From contig JAAOMT010000128.1 in assembly GCA_016748015.1 (NCBI GenBank), positions 1,061,538 to 1,125,537 of the forward strand: DNA of 64,000 bases, written 5' to 3'. Of this stretch, positions 13,305-25,717 are shown one piece after another; position 1 is the first letter of the stretch; the number at the start of each line of letters is the position of its first letter. The notes under the pieces are model-generated. The model was not told the DNA's origin, did no database searches, and worked only from the letters and a program-made list of their open reading frames with translations. The stretch comes from Geosiphon pyriformis uo1. Its lineage: Eukaryota; Fungi; Glomeromycota. Made by a program: the position numbers and the translations under genes.

Positions 13305-16300
13305 ATGGCAGACCCTTTTGAGCAAAAGCCTTGGGAAAATCCGTTTGACGCGCCTTTAATGATAAGGGTTGATAGTTCAGAAAAAAAACCGTGTGCGAGT
13401 TTCTTACCAAAGATAACATACACCCAAAGCCAGGATTTGGCTTCTGAACCCATACCCTCTGAGTCAAAGATCCCGCTTATAGTAGAAAAAAAGAGTGAGC
13501 AGGAGTCGGAGGAGGAAGAGGTTGAGCAACTAATACTGACTTCTGAAGGATGGCTTGCTAAATTCGCCCCCCCTGGAACAATAAGTACGGAGGATTTGTC
13601 AATACGACTTACACCTTCAAGCTTACCAAGCCCTTTTAGAAGTTCAGAGGTTGAGACTTCTGAAATAGATCAATTACCAGTTACGCCTCAAAAAAGTGAA
13701 AAAGAATTGGAAAATTTTGATGTTTCTATAGTAACAGGAGCAAGCACTGTGTCCGTTTTTCCCGCTCAAAAACGTGAGATTCAAAGCTGTAAAATTAATT
13801 CAGAAAATCATCCAAAGTCAATTCATGGTTTGAATCTTTCAAACTCACCTGCATTTATTGCGAGTGGAGCTAAGTCAGATAAGTTCACTGTAGATGAATG
13901 TATAGATATTGGGACGAAAGATTTGCTTAAGACAAATCCTACAGACTTATCCAATAGTATGACTTTGGACCCTGCTGAGGACAGTATTGATATGGTTATT
14001 GCTATGACAACAAAATCATCCGTTACTCAAATTGAAATGAGTGGCTACGAATCGAGTGATTTAAGTGATGAGGAAATAGAAGACGCGAATTATGAAAGGG
14101 AGAATAAAGCGAAAGAATCAATATTGGGGCTAAATGTGAATCAAGGATTGCCAGATCCTGCTGATGGACAAATTCATCAGTGAGAAATTTATATGTTCAT
14201 TCAATTTTCTTGGGTTACTTGAGACTTGAGTTTTTCAGTTAATAATAATTTTGATTAAAAATAGTACAATAAATTGCCCATTTTCTCTGCAGATCAAACA
14301 TCGAATCTTTAAATTCTCAACTTAGTATCACTGAATGTCAGCAGACGAATGATTTTGCCGCTAATGGATCATTAGACAATTCAGCAGTATATAAGGAAAA
14401 TAAAGATACTGCTAAAATATTTGAATCGAGTGCGTCAAATGTAGTAGAAGATTTTTTGGAGAAACTCAAATTACCAGAAGGCAGAGAAAGGTCTTTAAAA
14501 TTTTTTTACATCTCGAATATCCAAACTTATACTTACTAGAATCAAATCTCTTTAACAAAAGCTCAATACAATTATGTGAGTCTAATAATCGAGGTGATCA
14601 GGATGATTTGGTTATTCCTGAATTAAGCTTTGAAGAACGTGGAAAACTTTCAAGAAAAATGGATCTAGTGTGTGATGGTGAATTTGCTACCCAAGAAAAG
14701 CTTAGTGAAACAAGTGATGAGGATCGCTCTGAAAAAACATGTGATCCCGATGATCTCGAAAGTTCAGAGGACGAAATAGGATATGGTGATATGAAAGTTT
14801 CATTGCATACTAAAAACGAAATCTTGAACGTTCCTGTGACAAAGCCTGAGGTGGTGATAACAGAAGACATGGAAATTCAGGAAATAGGTTTTGTACATAG
14901 TGTAGTGGATAAGGATCTTATCATTTCTTCCGCCATGAGGGACCCGGATAAGACATTAGACGCTGGGAGCATTATTGTTCTGGAAAATAGAGAGCTAATT
15001 GGCGAGGTCAGAATTAATGTTTTGATCAACGAATTAATTTCGATTATTCAGTGAAATATTTGAAATATTTAGATATACGAAACATTCGGACCAGTTATTC
15101 AGCCACTTTATAGTATAAAATTTGCTGAAAATGATTGCATTGACAGAGAAAAATTTCGCGAAGGTGTCAAAACATTCGTGGTTTCACAATATGCTTATTA
15201 TGTATTCCTTCAGCCTCTTAAACAAATGAAAGGTTCGGATGCTAGTAATTTATATGATGAAGAGGTTAATGAATCGGTATGTTGCAATTTGATTCAAAGT
15301 TAATTAGATTCTTCAAATTTCACATCAAAAATCTTGTCCTTTAGGAACTTGAATTCTCAGATGATGAAAAAGAAGCAAAATATAAAATGATGATAAAACA
15401 AAAACGCCAAAAGTTAGTACTGCTTTGATTTTACTCGCAAAGTTACGTTTTATATATTTTTACCCACTTTTTAAAATAGGTTGTTAGAGAAAGGTGGTAT
15501 CCAGACAAATGAAAGTGCGTCAAGGAATAGAAAGAAGGCCAAGAACAACTCTAAAGCATATTCACCTACCGTTATTAAAGATGAAAACCCTTTCGAATAC
15601 AACCTTCTTCAAAGACCTAAAGAAATGGCGTCCGAATCTCACTTTTTAAATATAAATTATGCTCACTTTAGTATGCAAGACTCTGGGAATCCTGTTCAAA
15701 CAATCTCATCACAAAGTGTTCCTTACCAATCTTCCGCTAACCAAGCAAATCTAATCCCGAGACCCCAAGATCAAACCTTTCTTCCCCCATTTGCATATGA
15801 AAAATCAACTGGGGAAGGCCTCGAGCTGGCTTCACCACCATTACAGAGCAATTCTTCCGCTACTCCATCTCCGTCTGATCAAAGATTTATCATAGGACAA
15901 CCAAATAAAACGCATTTTTCGCCATTTGGACAGGGTCGGGGGAGAAATAATAGAGGTCGACGAGGTCGATGGAACGGGCGAGGCCGTGGTAATTGGGAAT
16001 CTGAAAGATCAAATAATAATCCCCAAGTGGCAGAATCACCGCTAGAACCACGATATTCTTACGAGCAATTACTTACCAACACCCAACCAAGGTGGTCAAG
16101 CCCTGCCGTAGATCAAGGTCCACGCTTCCCAAATCCTACCATAAACTCTCCAATGACTTTATATTCTTCACCTTCAGCGAATCAATCGGTATCCGGGCAG
16201 AACAACTGGAGTCGGCAAACATCGTTTGAGGCAACCCGGTCATATAATCCGCAGTCATTTCCTATGTTAGCACAGACTCCTCAACAAGAACCAAGGCATT

Positions 16301-16458
16301 TTCAAGCTCAATTTGAACAATTACAACAAATTTCACGAACAACCCAAGTAGCACCATCCTCCCAACAACCACCATTTAATCAATCCTCCCAACAAGATAC
16401 CACATATCGAAATTGGGAATCATCACCATATCCATTCAATAAACCGGATGCTTTTTAA
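13305..16458 (+). CDS. NAF1: H/ACA RNP assembly factor NAF1, multi-exon
   Basis: Gar1/Naf1 domain IGFVHSVVD...LDAGSIIVLENRELIGE-IYETFGPVIQPLYSIKF...KGSDASNLYDEEV-ELEFSDDEKE; long acidic N-terminus and P/Q/RG-rich C-terminus. Confidence 0.9.
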
Positions 16459-16940
16459 GATATATTGTACTTTTGAGGCATTATTCAAAGTATATGCGTT
16501 TCTTGGAAAAAGTTTAAGCTTTAAGGTCCTTGATTATTCAGAATCATTGCAGAAAAACTTGCGACCGATAATTAGTTCTTTTAGGAACCAGTTTCCTTGC
16601 AACTTTGATAATTTACAAATTAAAAAACACAGTGGTGAAACAGTTAATACTATCAAAGTAAATTTTGGTGCCATGGCTGCATATAGTAATTATCACTATT
16701 ATCTTTATTCTGACAAGGCTCAATAAGTTAATCAATCTTTAGTTATAAATTAGCTTCAACTAATAGTGCTGCTTTAGCACATGCTTAGATTTCCAGTAAA
16801 TTTGATCGACTTTACAAACACGTGATAAGTATCTTGGCTTTTCATTGCCTTAAAAATGTCCCACAATTTCACAGCTGCACATTTAATATAACTCATTTTC
16901 AATATAATCATATTGAACCCAAGACCCTCAATTTTCTTTA

Positions 16941-17130
16941 ATCCTCTCAAGCCTTTTGGCTAAGATCAAGTGTAGTATCTGTTCTTTACAGTGTAATATC
17001 TGTAACAGAGTTCACTGAACTCTTACGATATTAGACTAATTTTTGCCATTAGGGCTGGAGTCCCTGGCTTGCTACACTCTGGTCCATGGGTGTCCCTAGT
17101 ATTGCACTACTTCTAGGTTGACGCCCACCC
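16941..17130 (+). ncRNA. U2: U2 spliceosomal snRNA
   Basis: GCCTTTTGGCTAAGATCAAGTGTAGTATCTGTTCTT (stem I and branch-point pairing GTAGTA), Sm site AATTTTTG, stem-loop IV loop ATTGCAC, ends ...CCCACCC; about 190 nt. Confidence 0.96.
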
Positions 17131-18017
17131 TCCTGGGGGAGGTTAAAAACCCACCACAAAAATAGCGGGGGCGGGAATAGAAATAGCAACACAAACATAT
17201 AAATGTAACTCATAATTATATAATGCTCGTGATTACTATACAACTCTAATTACGGTGGTTAATTGCGAGAAATAAATATTTTTGAATTGCAAAATTTGGG
17301 AAGAAATAAAATATATACATATTTAAAACCACTTCGGGTCGTATAAAGTTGGCATCTGGGCCGAAATTGAGATAAAGCTGTTTTTTTAGCGCTCAGAAAC
17401 CTTTTTTTGCTTGGAGTAAAAACACGACTGGAAGAGTATTTTTCTTAATCGCAATGTGTAAAATTTAATATATAAAAGAATTAAAAACCAAAAAAAATTT
17501 TAAAATCTCCAAATAAATGATTTATATTAATATATAAATTCATAAATTAAGTTATATTTTTAAAATTTAATATAAATAGACATATTTTTGGTTGTAACAA
17601 AGTGAGATTTTTTTATTATTTATATTAAATACAACAAAATTATAATGTATATTAAAATATTAATAATTTTCAAAAATTAAACATTATTAATATACATATT
17701 GTTATATATTAATATCAAAAATACTAATATATAAAACACAAATTAATTTTAATTATTAAAATATTTCAACTTACATAAATTTTATTATAAGATTGTTAAA
17801 TAAATTATGTAAATAATAAAAAACAGATTTTTAATACAGCAAAATTGAAATCGATTAAGATATATAAATTGCTATAAAAGAATCAACGGAGAAGAAACTT
17901 AGGATTTTTCATCTTAACCTTCATTTCAAGAACCCCTAAAAATCGAAATCAATTAAAATTGGTCAATAAAAATATTCATATGGTAAGGACAATAATGTGA
18001 AGAAAATGAAATATTTC

Positions 18018-18578
18018 TTACATTTTCAAAATCATTGTCAATAGAACTACATAAGTAGCAAGCCCCATTAGCCCGGTTAAGATCACGTAACCACCACTAG
18101 TTATAAACGGTTTTGAAGTATCAAAAACATCCTTATTGCGCTGCCTCCGAATGGCAGCAATACATAACAATACCCCACCATAAGCTACGAATACAAGTCC
18201 AATACGATAAAATGCTGGTTCAAATATACGAAGAACCACCAACGCAAACCCAAATGAAGAAAGACATGTTCGCCAATAGGCTCCTTCAAACGTTCTTTGT
18301 CGTGCTATCAGATAAGAATGGTTTGAATAGAAAGTAAGGTCATTTTATCTACTCCTTCTATCTTTTTTACCAGACTTATTGGTTACTGGCTTCAGTCAAG
18401 GAAGAATGATATGACAAAATATATAAAAACTTTACCTCTATAGAAAATAAGAAAATTTAATGACAGCGCTGAAGAGATTGTACTAGAGAAGGAATTTTTG
18501 AGCTATATATTACCTAATTTCTACCATTTCAGCTTCTGTCATAATGATTGGTTCACGGTGCGTGTGCTCATTCGACAT
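18018..18578 (-). CDS. DUF202-domain small membrane protein (exons 18578-18514, 18437-18436, 18304-18018; 117 aa)
   Basis: MTEAEMVEI-RA-RQRTFEGAYWRTCLSSFGFALVVLRIF plus three hydrophobic segments; the reading frame needs the 2-nt middle exon. Confidence 0.8.
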
Positions 18579-18901
18579 TTTTTCGACTTATGTTTTTAGA
18601 GGCAAATGGCAAGCGGCAACCAGGGATAAAGAACCTCAATAAACTATAATAATGTACTATAAAGAACCCACTTTGCAACTTCGTTGTGCCATTTTTTGAC
18701 GCCTTTTTGGATTCTAGAAACATTTCCACGTGTGTACCTTAAATGAAGTTACACAGACTTTGTGGCGTAATATTTAGTACATTTTCATTAATGAATCTCT
18801 GGTGATGATCGAAGTCTATTCTCCTTTGCTTTTCCGAAATCGGGCATCCTCAAGCTTTATAATACCTTCTTTTCTATTCCTTGCCGTCAATTTCCTCGCC
18901 A

Positions 18902-20321
18902 ATGTCTTTCAATGATTTGGAAAGGGGCCACGGATCGGGCTCTCAAAGTGGTCGTAGTGGGCATTATTACAGGGCATCTCCAGCTGTCTCAGGTGGTGAG
19001 TATTTGAAAACCTGTTCTATAAAAAAACCTTTATTAAGCACCCTCAAGCTAATCTTTCTTTCTATTCCTAAGATTTTTGCTATATCTTTGCAGTGTTCAG
19101 ATTTTCCTTCCTAAAAACTATTACCCAGGAATAAAGTTATGCAATTTGGACTGGTAATAAGAATCAATATTAAAACTTTGAATACTCTTATGCAAAATTG
19201 CTTTTTTCAGACGAGGACAAGCATTACAAGGCCTTGACCCAGGACATTTCCCAACGAGTCTTTAGGATCACCAGTAATGTAGCGACAATGCACAACCTAG
19301 TAGGACTTTTGGGGACGGCAAGGGATACTCCAGAGTTAAGGGCCAAATTGTAGGTTAAACAAGACTGATAAGTGGAATTTTAAATGTGGATCGACTGTTT
19401 AAGTTTCCTGTATAATACAATTATTGATTAAAATTAGGCACAAATTAACCGAAACGACACGAGAGCTTGTGAAGGATACAAGCAATGACATTAAAACGCT
19501 ATCTCATTATAAGGGGAGCAGCGTTCAGAATGTGAGTAAAATTCAGATCTGGGTTCATGAGAGAATAACTCCTACTCAGGCTCTTATCTAAACATTTTTT
19601 GTTTTGACGGCTACAGCAAAAGCTTTCACAACAAAAACTTTCAAAAGATTTTCAAAAGACATTAACAGAATTCCAGAGAGTAGTGCGACTTTCTGCTGAG
19701 AAGCAGCGAGAGTATGTCGACAAAGTGAAAGCTCATAATCTTCGGAATGACGTATAGTAAGTGTTGGTGTGTATATGTTATCTCATGGATTATCAAGTAT
19801 TGTTGAAATGTGGAATTCGCCTATTTTCTCAATAGTAGTGATGACGAAGATTCGGGTATTCCTGAAGAACAACCGCTGATCGAAGACTCCCAACGAAGGC
19901 TCCAACTCCAAGTACTTGACAATGAAATTGAGTACAATGAATCCCTAATTGCTGAACGTGAGGAAGAGATCAGGGGCATTGAACAAGGAATCAATGAGCT
20001 AAATGAAATTTTCCGAGACTTGGGAACTTTGGTGACAGAACAGCAATCAATGTTGGGTGAGTGGATGTTTTTTATTTTGTATTATCTCGGTTTTTTCTCC
20101 TTTTTTTAAAATTCACCTTCTCTTTGGACCGTATCTTATAAATTCTCGCGACAGACAATATTGAGAGTAATGTTAGCAACATATCAAACAATATGAGAAA
20201 TGCAGCCGAAGAGTTGACGGTCGCCAGTCGTTACCAGGCAAAAGCACGCAATCGAATGTGTTGTCTTTTATTAATTTTTGCTGTAATTGGCGCGGTTGTT
20301 GTTCTAGCGGCACTCGCCTAA
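18902..20321 (+). CDS. Endosomal/vacuolar Qa-SNARE syntaxin (Pep12/Vam3/Stx7-12 type), 6 exons
   Basis: MSFNDLERG N-terminus, Habc (LGTARDTPELRAKL), SNARE motif IAEREEEIRGIEQGINELNEIFRDLGTLVTEQQSML-DNIESNV, C-terminal TM CCLLLIFAVIGAVVVLAALA*. Confidence 0.92.
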
Positions 20322-22370
20322 GGGAGAATGTTTGAGAAAATTGTCATTAGATTGGTTGCGTTTTCATGTATTTTTAAAAAACATATTTTTTTATCATTCA
20401 ATGTTTTCGGATTTTAACCTCGTTTTAGTTGCAACAAATTATTTATTTATTATTTGCCTTTGCATGATAAAAATCAATGTAACCTGAATTGATGACATTG
20501 AAATACAGTACTATGAATATTCAAGCCTGCGGTTTGGTGTTAGTCTTGTATCCAAAATAATTGAAGTTTCAGAATACTTGATATCACCTAACTGTTAAAC
20601 ACGCTAAACAAAAATTTATTCAATAATTGTTACATGATTCTTGGGATGAAATTAAGGCGGGATAATATGAACGTTGAGCCAAAGGAAGGTCCATCAAATT
20701 TAATAAACTCATGTCAAGTAACTCTGCTCGAAAATACAAAATGTTCAAGATGGGTTCCAATTGTTCAATTTTGGGGAGTTTTAATATGCTCAAGTAAATA
20801 TTACTAAACGAGGTGGATTATAGTGTACTTTTGGTGGGATCACAAGGGAATTTGCATTATATTTTGAAGCAAATCCCTAGCCACTAAGCAAAATATCAAC
20901 GGAAACAACGAAAGATATGCAAAGATAAAGGAAAAAATTCAAAATTATACAAAGAAAAGGGTTGTTCTACATACAGAGGGAGGATAATAAAGGGAATTTT
21001 GTGAAATTTAGAGATATTACTATTTAATTTCTCAATTGAGTATAAAATTCTAAACTGATGATGTTGAAATATGATGTTAATCAGCCAACTAATAGGTAAA
21101 ACGAACTAAGGGATTACGAAGATTGCTTCACTGGGTTCGAGTTACGGCGATCCTGTCGACCACCACGACGAGTACGATCACCGTTATTCATACCGGCCTG
21201 ATTGTATTGTTGATATTGATTTCGAGAATTACCATAGGATTGATGCATATTGGGATTTCGATTATCGAGAGGATTTCTATTATTGTTGGGTTGTCTGCGT
21301 CNNNNNNNNNNNNNNNNNNNNCGAATGTGTTGTCTTTTATTAATTTTTGCTGTAATTGGCGCGGTTGTTGTTCTAGCGGCACTCGCCTAAGGGAGAATGT
21401 TTGAGAAAATTGTCATTAGATTGGTTGCGTTTTCATGTATTTTTAAAAAACATATTTTTTTATCATTCAATGTTTTCGGATTTTAACCTCGTTTTAGTTG
21501 CAACAAATTATTTATTTATTATTTGCCTTTGCATGATAAAAATCAATGTAACCTGAATTGATGACATTGAAATACAGTACTATGAATATTCAAGCCTGCG
21601 GTTTGGTGTTAGTCTTGTATCCAAAATAATTGAAGTTTCAGAATACTTGATATCACCTAACTGTTAAACACGCTAAACAAAAATTTATTCAATAATTGTT
21701 ACATGATTCTTGGGATGAAATTAAGGCGGGATAATATGAACGTTGAGCCAAAGGAAGGTCCATCAAATTTAATAAACTCATGTCAAGTAACTCTGCTCGA
21801 AAATACAAAATGTTCAAGATGGGTTCCAATTGTTCAATTTTGGGGAGTTTTAATATGCTCAAGTAAATATTACTAAACGAGGTGGATTATAGTGTACTTT
21901 TGGTGGGATCACAAGGGAATTTGCATTATATTTTGAAGCAAATCCCTAGCCACTAAGCAAAATATCAACGGAAACAACGAAAGATATGCAAAGATAAAGG
22001 AAAAAATTCAAAATTATACAAAGAAAAGGGTTGTTCTACATACAGAGGGAGGATAATAAAGGGAATTTTGTGAAATTTAGAGATATTACTATTTAATTTC
22101 TCAATTGAGTATAAAATTCTAAACTGATGATGTTGAAATATGATGTTAATCAGCCAACTAATAGGTAAAACGAACTAAGGGATTACGAAGATTGCTTCAC
22201 TGGGTTCGAGTTACGGCGATCCTGTCGACCACCACGACGAGTACGATCACCGTTATTCATACCGGCCTGATTGTATTGTTGATATTGATTTCGAGAATTA
22301 CCATAGGATTGATGCATATTGGGATTTCGATTATCGAGAGGATTTCTATTATTGTTGGGTTGTCTGCGTC
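20253..22370. other. Scaffold gap (20 N at 21302-21321) flanked by an apparently identical 1049-bp duplication; probable assembly artefact
   Basis: 20253-21301 equals 21322-22370 and the copies abut the N run exactly. Confidence 0.85.
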
Positions 22371-23507
22371 GTTCTTCGGTGGTTACAAAGGAGTTATTAG
22401 TTCCAATCCGAATTGAATGCGCACTGAGTGCCTTTTTACACGCTTCCGGAGTAGAAAACTCGGCGAAAGCACAGTTCTATCAAAAGAACAAAGAGAAACA
22501 ATGAGATCCTGAAGAAATGAAATTAGAATTAAAGATTGGGGATCAAGCAATTTCTCTCACTTTATTGTTAACTACGTCGAGATGCTTAATAGTTCCAAAA
22601 ACACTAAAAGCCGTTCGAAGTTGTTCATAAGTCATTTGATCGGTAACACCTTTAATGAATATAGAAAGCTGAGGATCTGAAAAATATGAAAATAGATCAC
22701 AATTAAATCAGATATTAGATATAGGGTGAAAAAATAGAAGATTGAGAATTTTCGCAAATAATATTACCCCCACGTTGGACATCTGAACGACGATTTCCTT
22801 GATCACGAGGCATTTGTTGTGAAGGTTGCTGCTGGGGTTTGGAAGATGTGGCAGGAGGAATTGATGCGACATGGCCAGGAGTAGATGCAAGTTGCTTGTT
22901 CCACCTGCCCTTATCGTCGGCGGCCAAACGGGCCCAACTTTTTGTGGCATTTGATTCGCTAGGTGCTTGAGCTGGTGGCTGATTAATTGTGGGAGCTCCT
23001 GATGAGGAAATTGGTATTTGATTGGTGCCAGTTTTAGTATTGGGTTGAGGATGACTCGGAGTAGGAATCGGAGGCGTAACTATGGGGGGTACAGAAGTGA
23101 AAGTTGTCTGGGCGGTAGGTTTTGGGTTGGTTTGAGGATTTGCGACATTAGGTGGATTAGGAGATTTTTGCACTTGAGCTTGATTAATTTGAGCTGGTGC
23201 AGCTTTATTTGCTGCTGGTGGTTGAGCGTCTATTTGGGAAGATGTGTTCTGATTTACATACGCTGGTGCAGCTTGTGTACCATTATCGTTGGTCGTGATG
23301 GTTTGTCCAACGACTGGAACAACTGGTGTTGGTAGAACCTTTGCTGGTGCTTGGATTTCGTTTGTTGTATTTGAGTTTGGGGGAGTGGTAGGAGGCACAG
23401 ATGGTGCTGCAGCTAGAGGAATCAATTCTTGAGCTTTTAAGACAGGGTTAGCTTCTGGGGCAGGTTCTTCAGCATCTTGAGGTTCTTGTTGCTGCTGCTG
23501 CTGCTGC

Positions 23508-23567
<60 letters not shown>

Positions 23568-24476
23568 TGAACATTGTCATGGATTGGTTCTTCGATCAAA
23601 GTACCTGTAGGAGAGGTAGATTCCTCTCCCAAAGGTTTTTCTTCGGGAAGAGGATTGAGATCTTCCTCGATACCAATAGATGTCTCTACTTCTGCAACTT
23701 CATCATCTAATTCTGGATCATCAACTTCGTCCATGAGGAAGCGAAGTATATCATTAAGAATAAAATACCCATTTGGCTGTACGCTTAGGAAGAAGGTTTG
23801 AGCGAACTTTCTCGAGTCTTCGCCGCTATTCGCCATTTGGCCTAATACTTGAATAATGATTCCGCCATGTGAGGAGGCTTGGCTATCGACATTAGTGACA
23901 AGTACACGAGCATCTTTCAAGTTCAGTTGTTGTATCTTTGCATTTATCTCCTACAGTTGATAATAATAGAATAGAAGATAAATATGATGTTACCTTTTCA
24001 ACTAATTAAAGAAAATTATATAAGAGATTATTAAATCGGTTTAAAATAAAAGTGATTTTTCATGTGTCGAATGAAGGATAAAGACGAAGCAAAACGAATA
24101 TTGTTATTTTTGACTTGAATGAGCCCTTAAAAAGTAAATAAGGCCAAGAAAACTTTTACAAGTTCAAAACTCATTATTGTAGCCGCAGTAAATAATGTAT
24201 CAACACCTGGAATTCACCGAAATAAACAGAAAAAGGAAGATGATTTGATACCTGAGGACCATGGCATGTCTTCACTGTTTCACCCTCTACGCCAGTCGTA
24301 TAAACAGATTTTCGACCATAAAAGCAGTATAATCGACTAGGATCTTTGTGCATAAAGGTATAATACTCTTGAACAAAGAGCCAGCCGATCTCTGTCGGGT
24401 TAATGGGTTGTCCAGGTTGTAAAGAAGCCTGGGCAGGAGGCATTGCAGCTGTAGAAGTATCCACTGTGGTTGCCAT
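22183..24476 (-). CDS. NTF2 + RRM + RG-rich protein (G3BP/Bre5/Nxt3-like), multi-exon, with polyQ
   Basis: IGWLFVQEYYTFMHKDPSRLYCFY...KFAQTFFLSVQPNGYFILNDILRFL (NTF2); KSWARLA; SIFIKGVTDQMTYEQLRTAFSVFG...CAFAEFST (RRM); RGGRQDRR tail. Confidence 0.9.
23486..23569 (-). repeat. Coding CAG/CAA trinucleotide repeat (28 Gln)
   Basis: 84 nt of CAG/CAA codons in blocks, in frame in the G3BP-like CDS. Confidence 0.95.
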
Positions 24477-25224
24477 ACTGTGTGCAAAGAGATAATAGAA
24501 AGGAAAATTTTTTAGAAGGGAAATAGGTTATGAAACTTGAACTTAAGCTTAAAAAGGAACAAAGAGACAGAAGAAAGATCTATGTTTTGGATTTTCAAAT
24601 GATACCTATTTATAATGGTATTTTTTTTCAGCATACGTCATCAAATATTAGTTTTTACCTGCTAAGCATTTTGCAAATTCCCTCACCCAACCCCCGGAAA
24701 AATCCGTTTTTACAACGAAAATATCAAATGCTCAATCACTAATATGGAAACCTTTTTTCCGTAAAAAGAAAGCAGTACATGATGGAGATTTACAAACTCA
24801 GTGATGATTATTGTTTCAAGTGATATAATTGGCGATTAGATTTCTGTGTTTCATGAATTTTCAGTATGATATATAACATTAATGAGCTAAAAAAAGTCTC
24901 AAAAATAACTTTAGTTTCTTTGATAATTTCTATAGTTTTAAAAGTTCAAAAAGCCGCAGTACTCTATGAATAGTGTCAATATTAACATTAATGTTATTGT
25001 GAAACTACCAGTTTAATTTTTATGTGTATTGCCATACTTTCACGAGAAGCAACTTTTCGGGTTAGAATATTCTTCTTTCAAAGAAGGGCATATATTCTTA
25101 CGCGTTTTTCTACAGAAATACGGGTCAATCTAATTTTTTTATGAAAAAAAAGCAGCTCTTGCAAGTCACTGTAAATAAATTAAGATATTTGAATCGCGAG
25201 GAGCCAGCAATTAACATAAAAGCA

Positions 25225-25717
25225 TGCTTATCAGGTTTAAAATGACGAAAATGAACACCTTTTTCTCTTCCCACCTCCCTCTTTACTGAGCTAACTTCTA
25301 AAAATGCTGATACACCACCTCTGCTACCAAGAAAGGCTACCTCTACGCCCGTATCTCTAGTGCAAAGTAAAAAGAGGATCTCGAGAGACAAAAACAACTA
25401 CTCCTCGGTTTCCAACCTACAAACTATTAAGCGATATCAGCTTTGGCGTCAACTTCAAGCCCCAAGAGTTTAAGACCCTACTGGAACGATCAAGCCACGG
25501 TGCTGTCTCGGAGGTTGCCATTACCTACTGTGATTGACTCTGTTTTTTGCCTTTGACCTCCTCCAACATCTCTTCCCACTCCGCAAAACTCGTGATTCTC
25601 TTCGACAATGCGATCTCAGAAAAACACAAACTCTTCCAGGATATTTTTGCCGTCAACACCGTCTTCTGCTACATGCAGGGAAGGAGAGCTGCTTGCTACT
25701 GAAAGGAATGCAAGTAA
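25225..25717 (+). pseudogene. tnpA: IS607-type serine recombinase (TnpA) pseudogene
   Basis: KKGYLYARISSAK*KEDLERQ (YARxSS catalytic motif at 25344-25361), SDISFGVNFKPQEFKTLLER, EVAITYCD*LC-FAFDLLQHLF, LVILFDNAISEKHKLFQDIFAVNTVFCYMQGRR; stops and frameshifts present. N-terminal HTH is poorly preserved. Confidence 0.88.

Noticed and set aside
17049-17243. 64-aa minus-strand ORF
   Set aside because: It overlaps U2 snRNA on the opposite strand and has no protein features.
20253-22370. Tandem 1049-bp duplication with partial syntaxin and G3BP ends, and ORFs 21123, 21188 and 22192
   Set aside because: The copies appear identical and abut a 20-N gap, typical of an unmerged contig overlap; the ORFs are antisense shadows.
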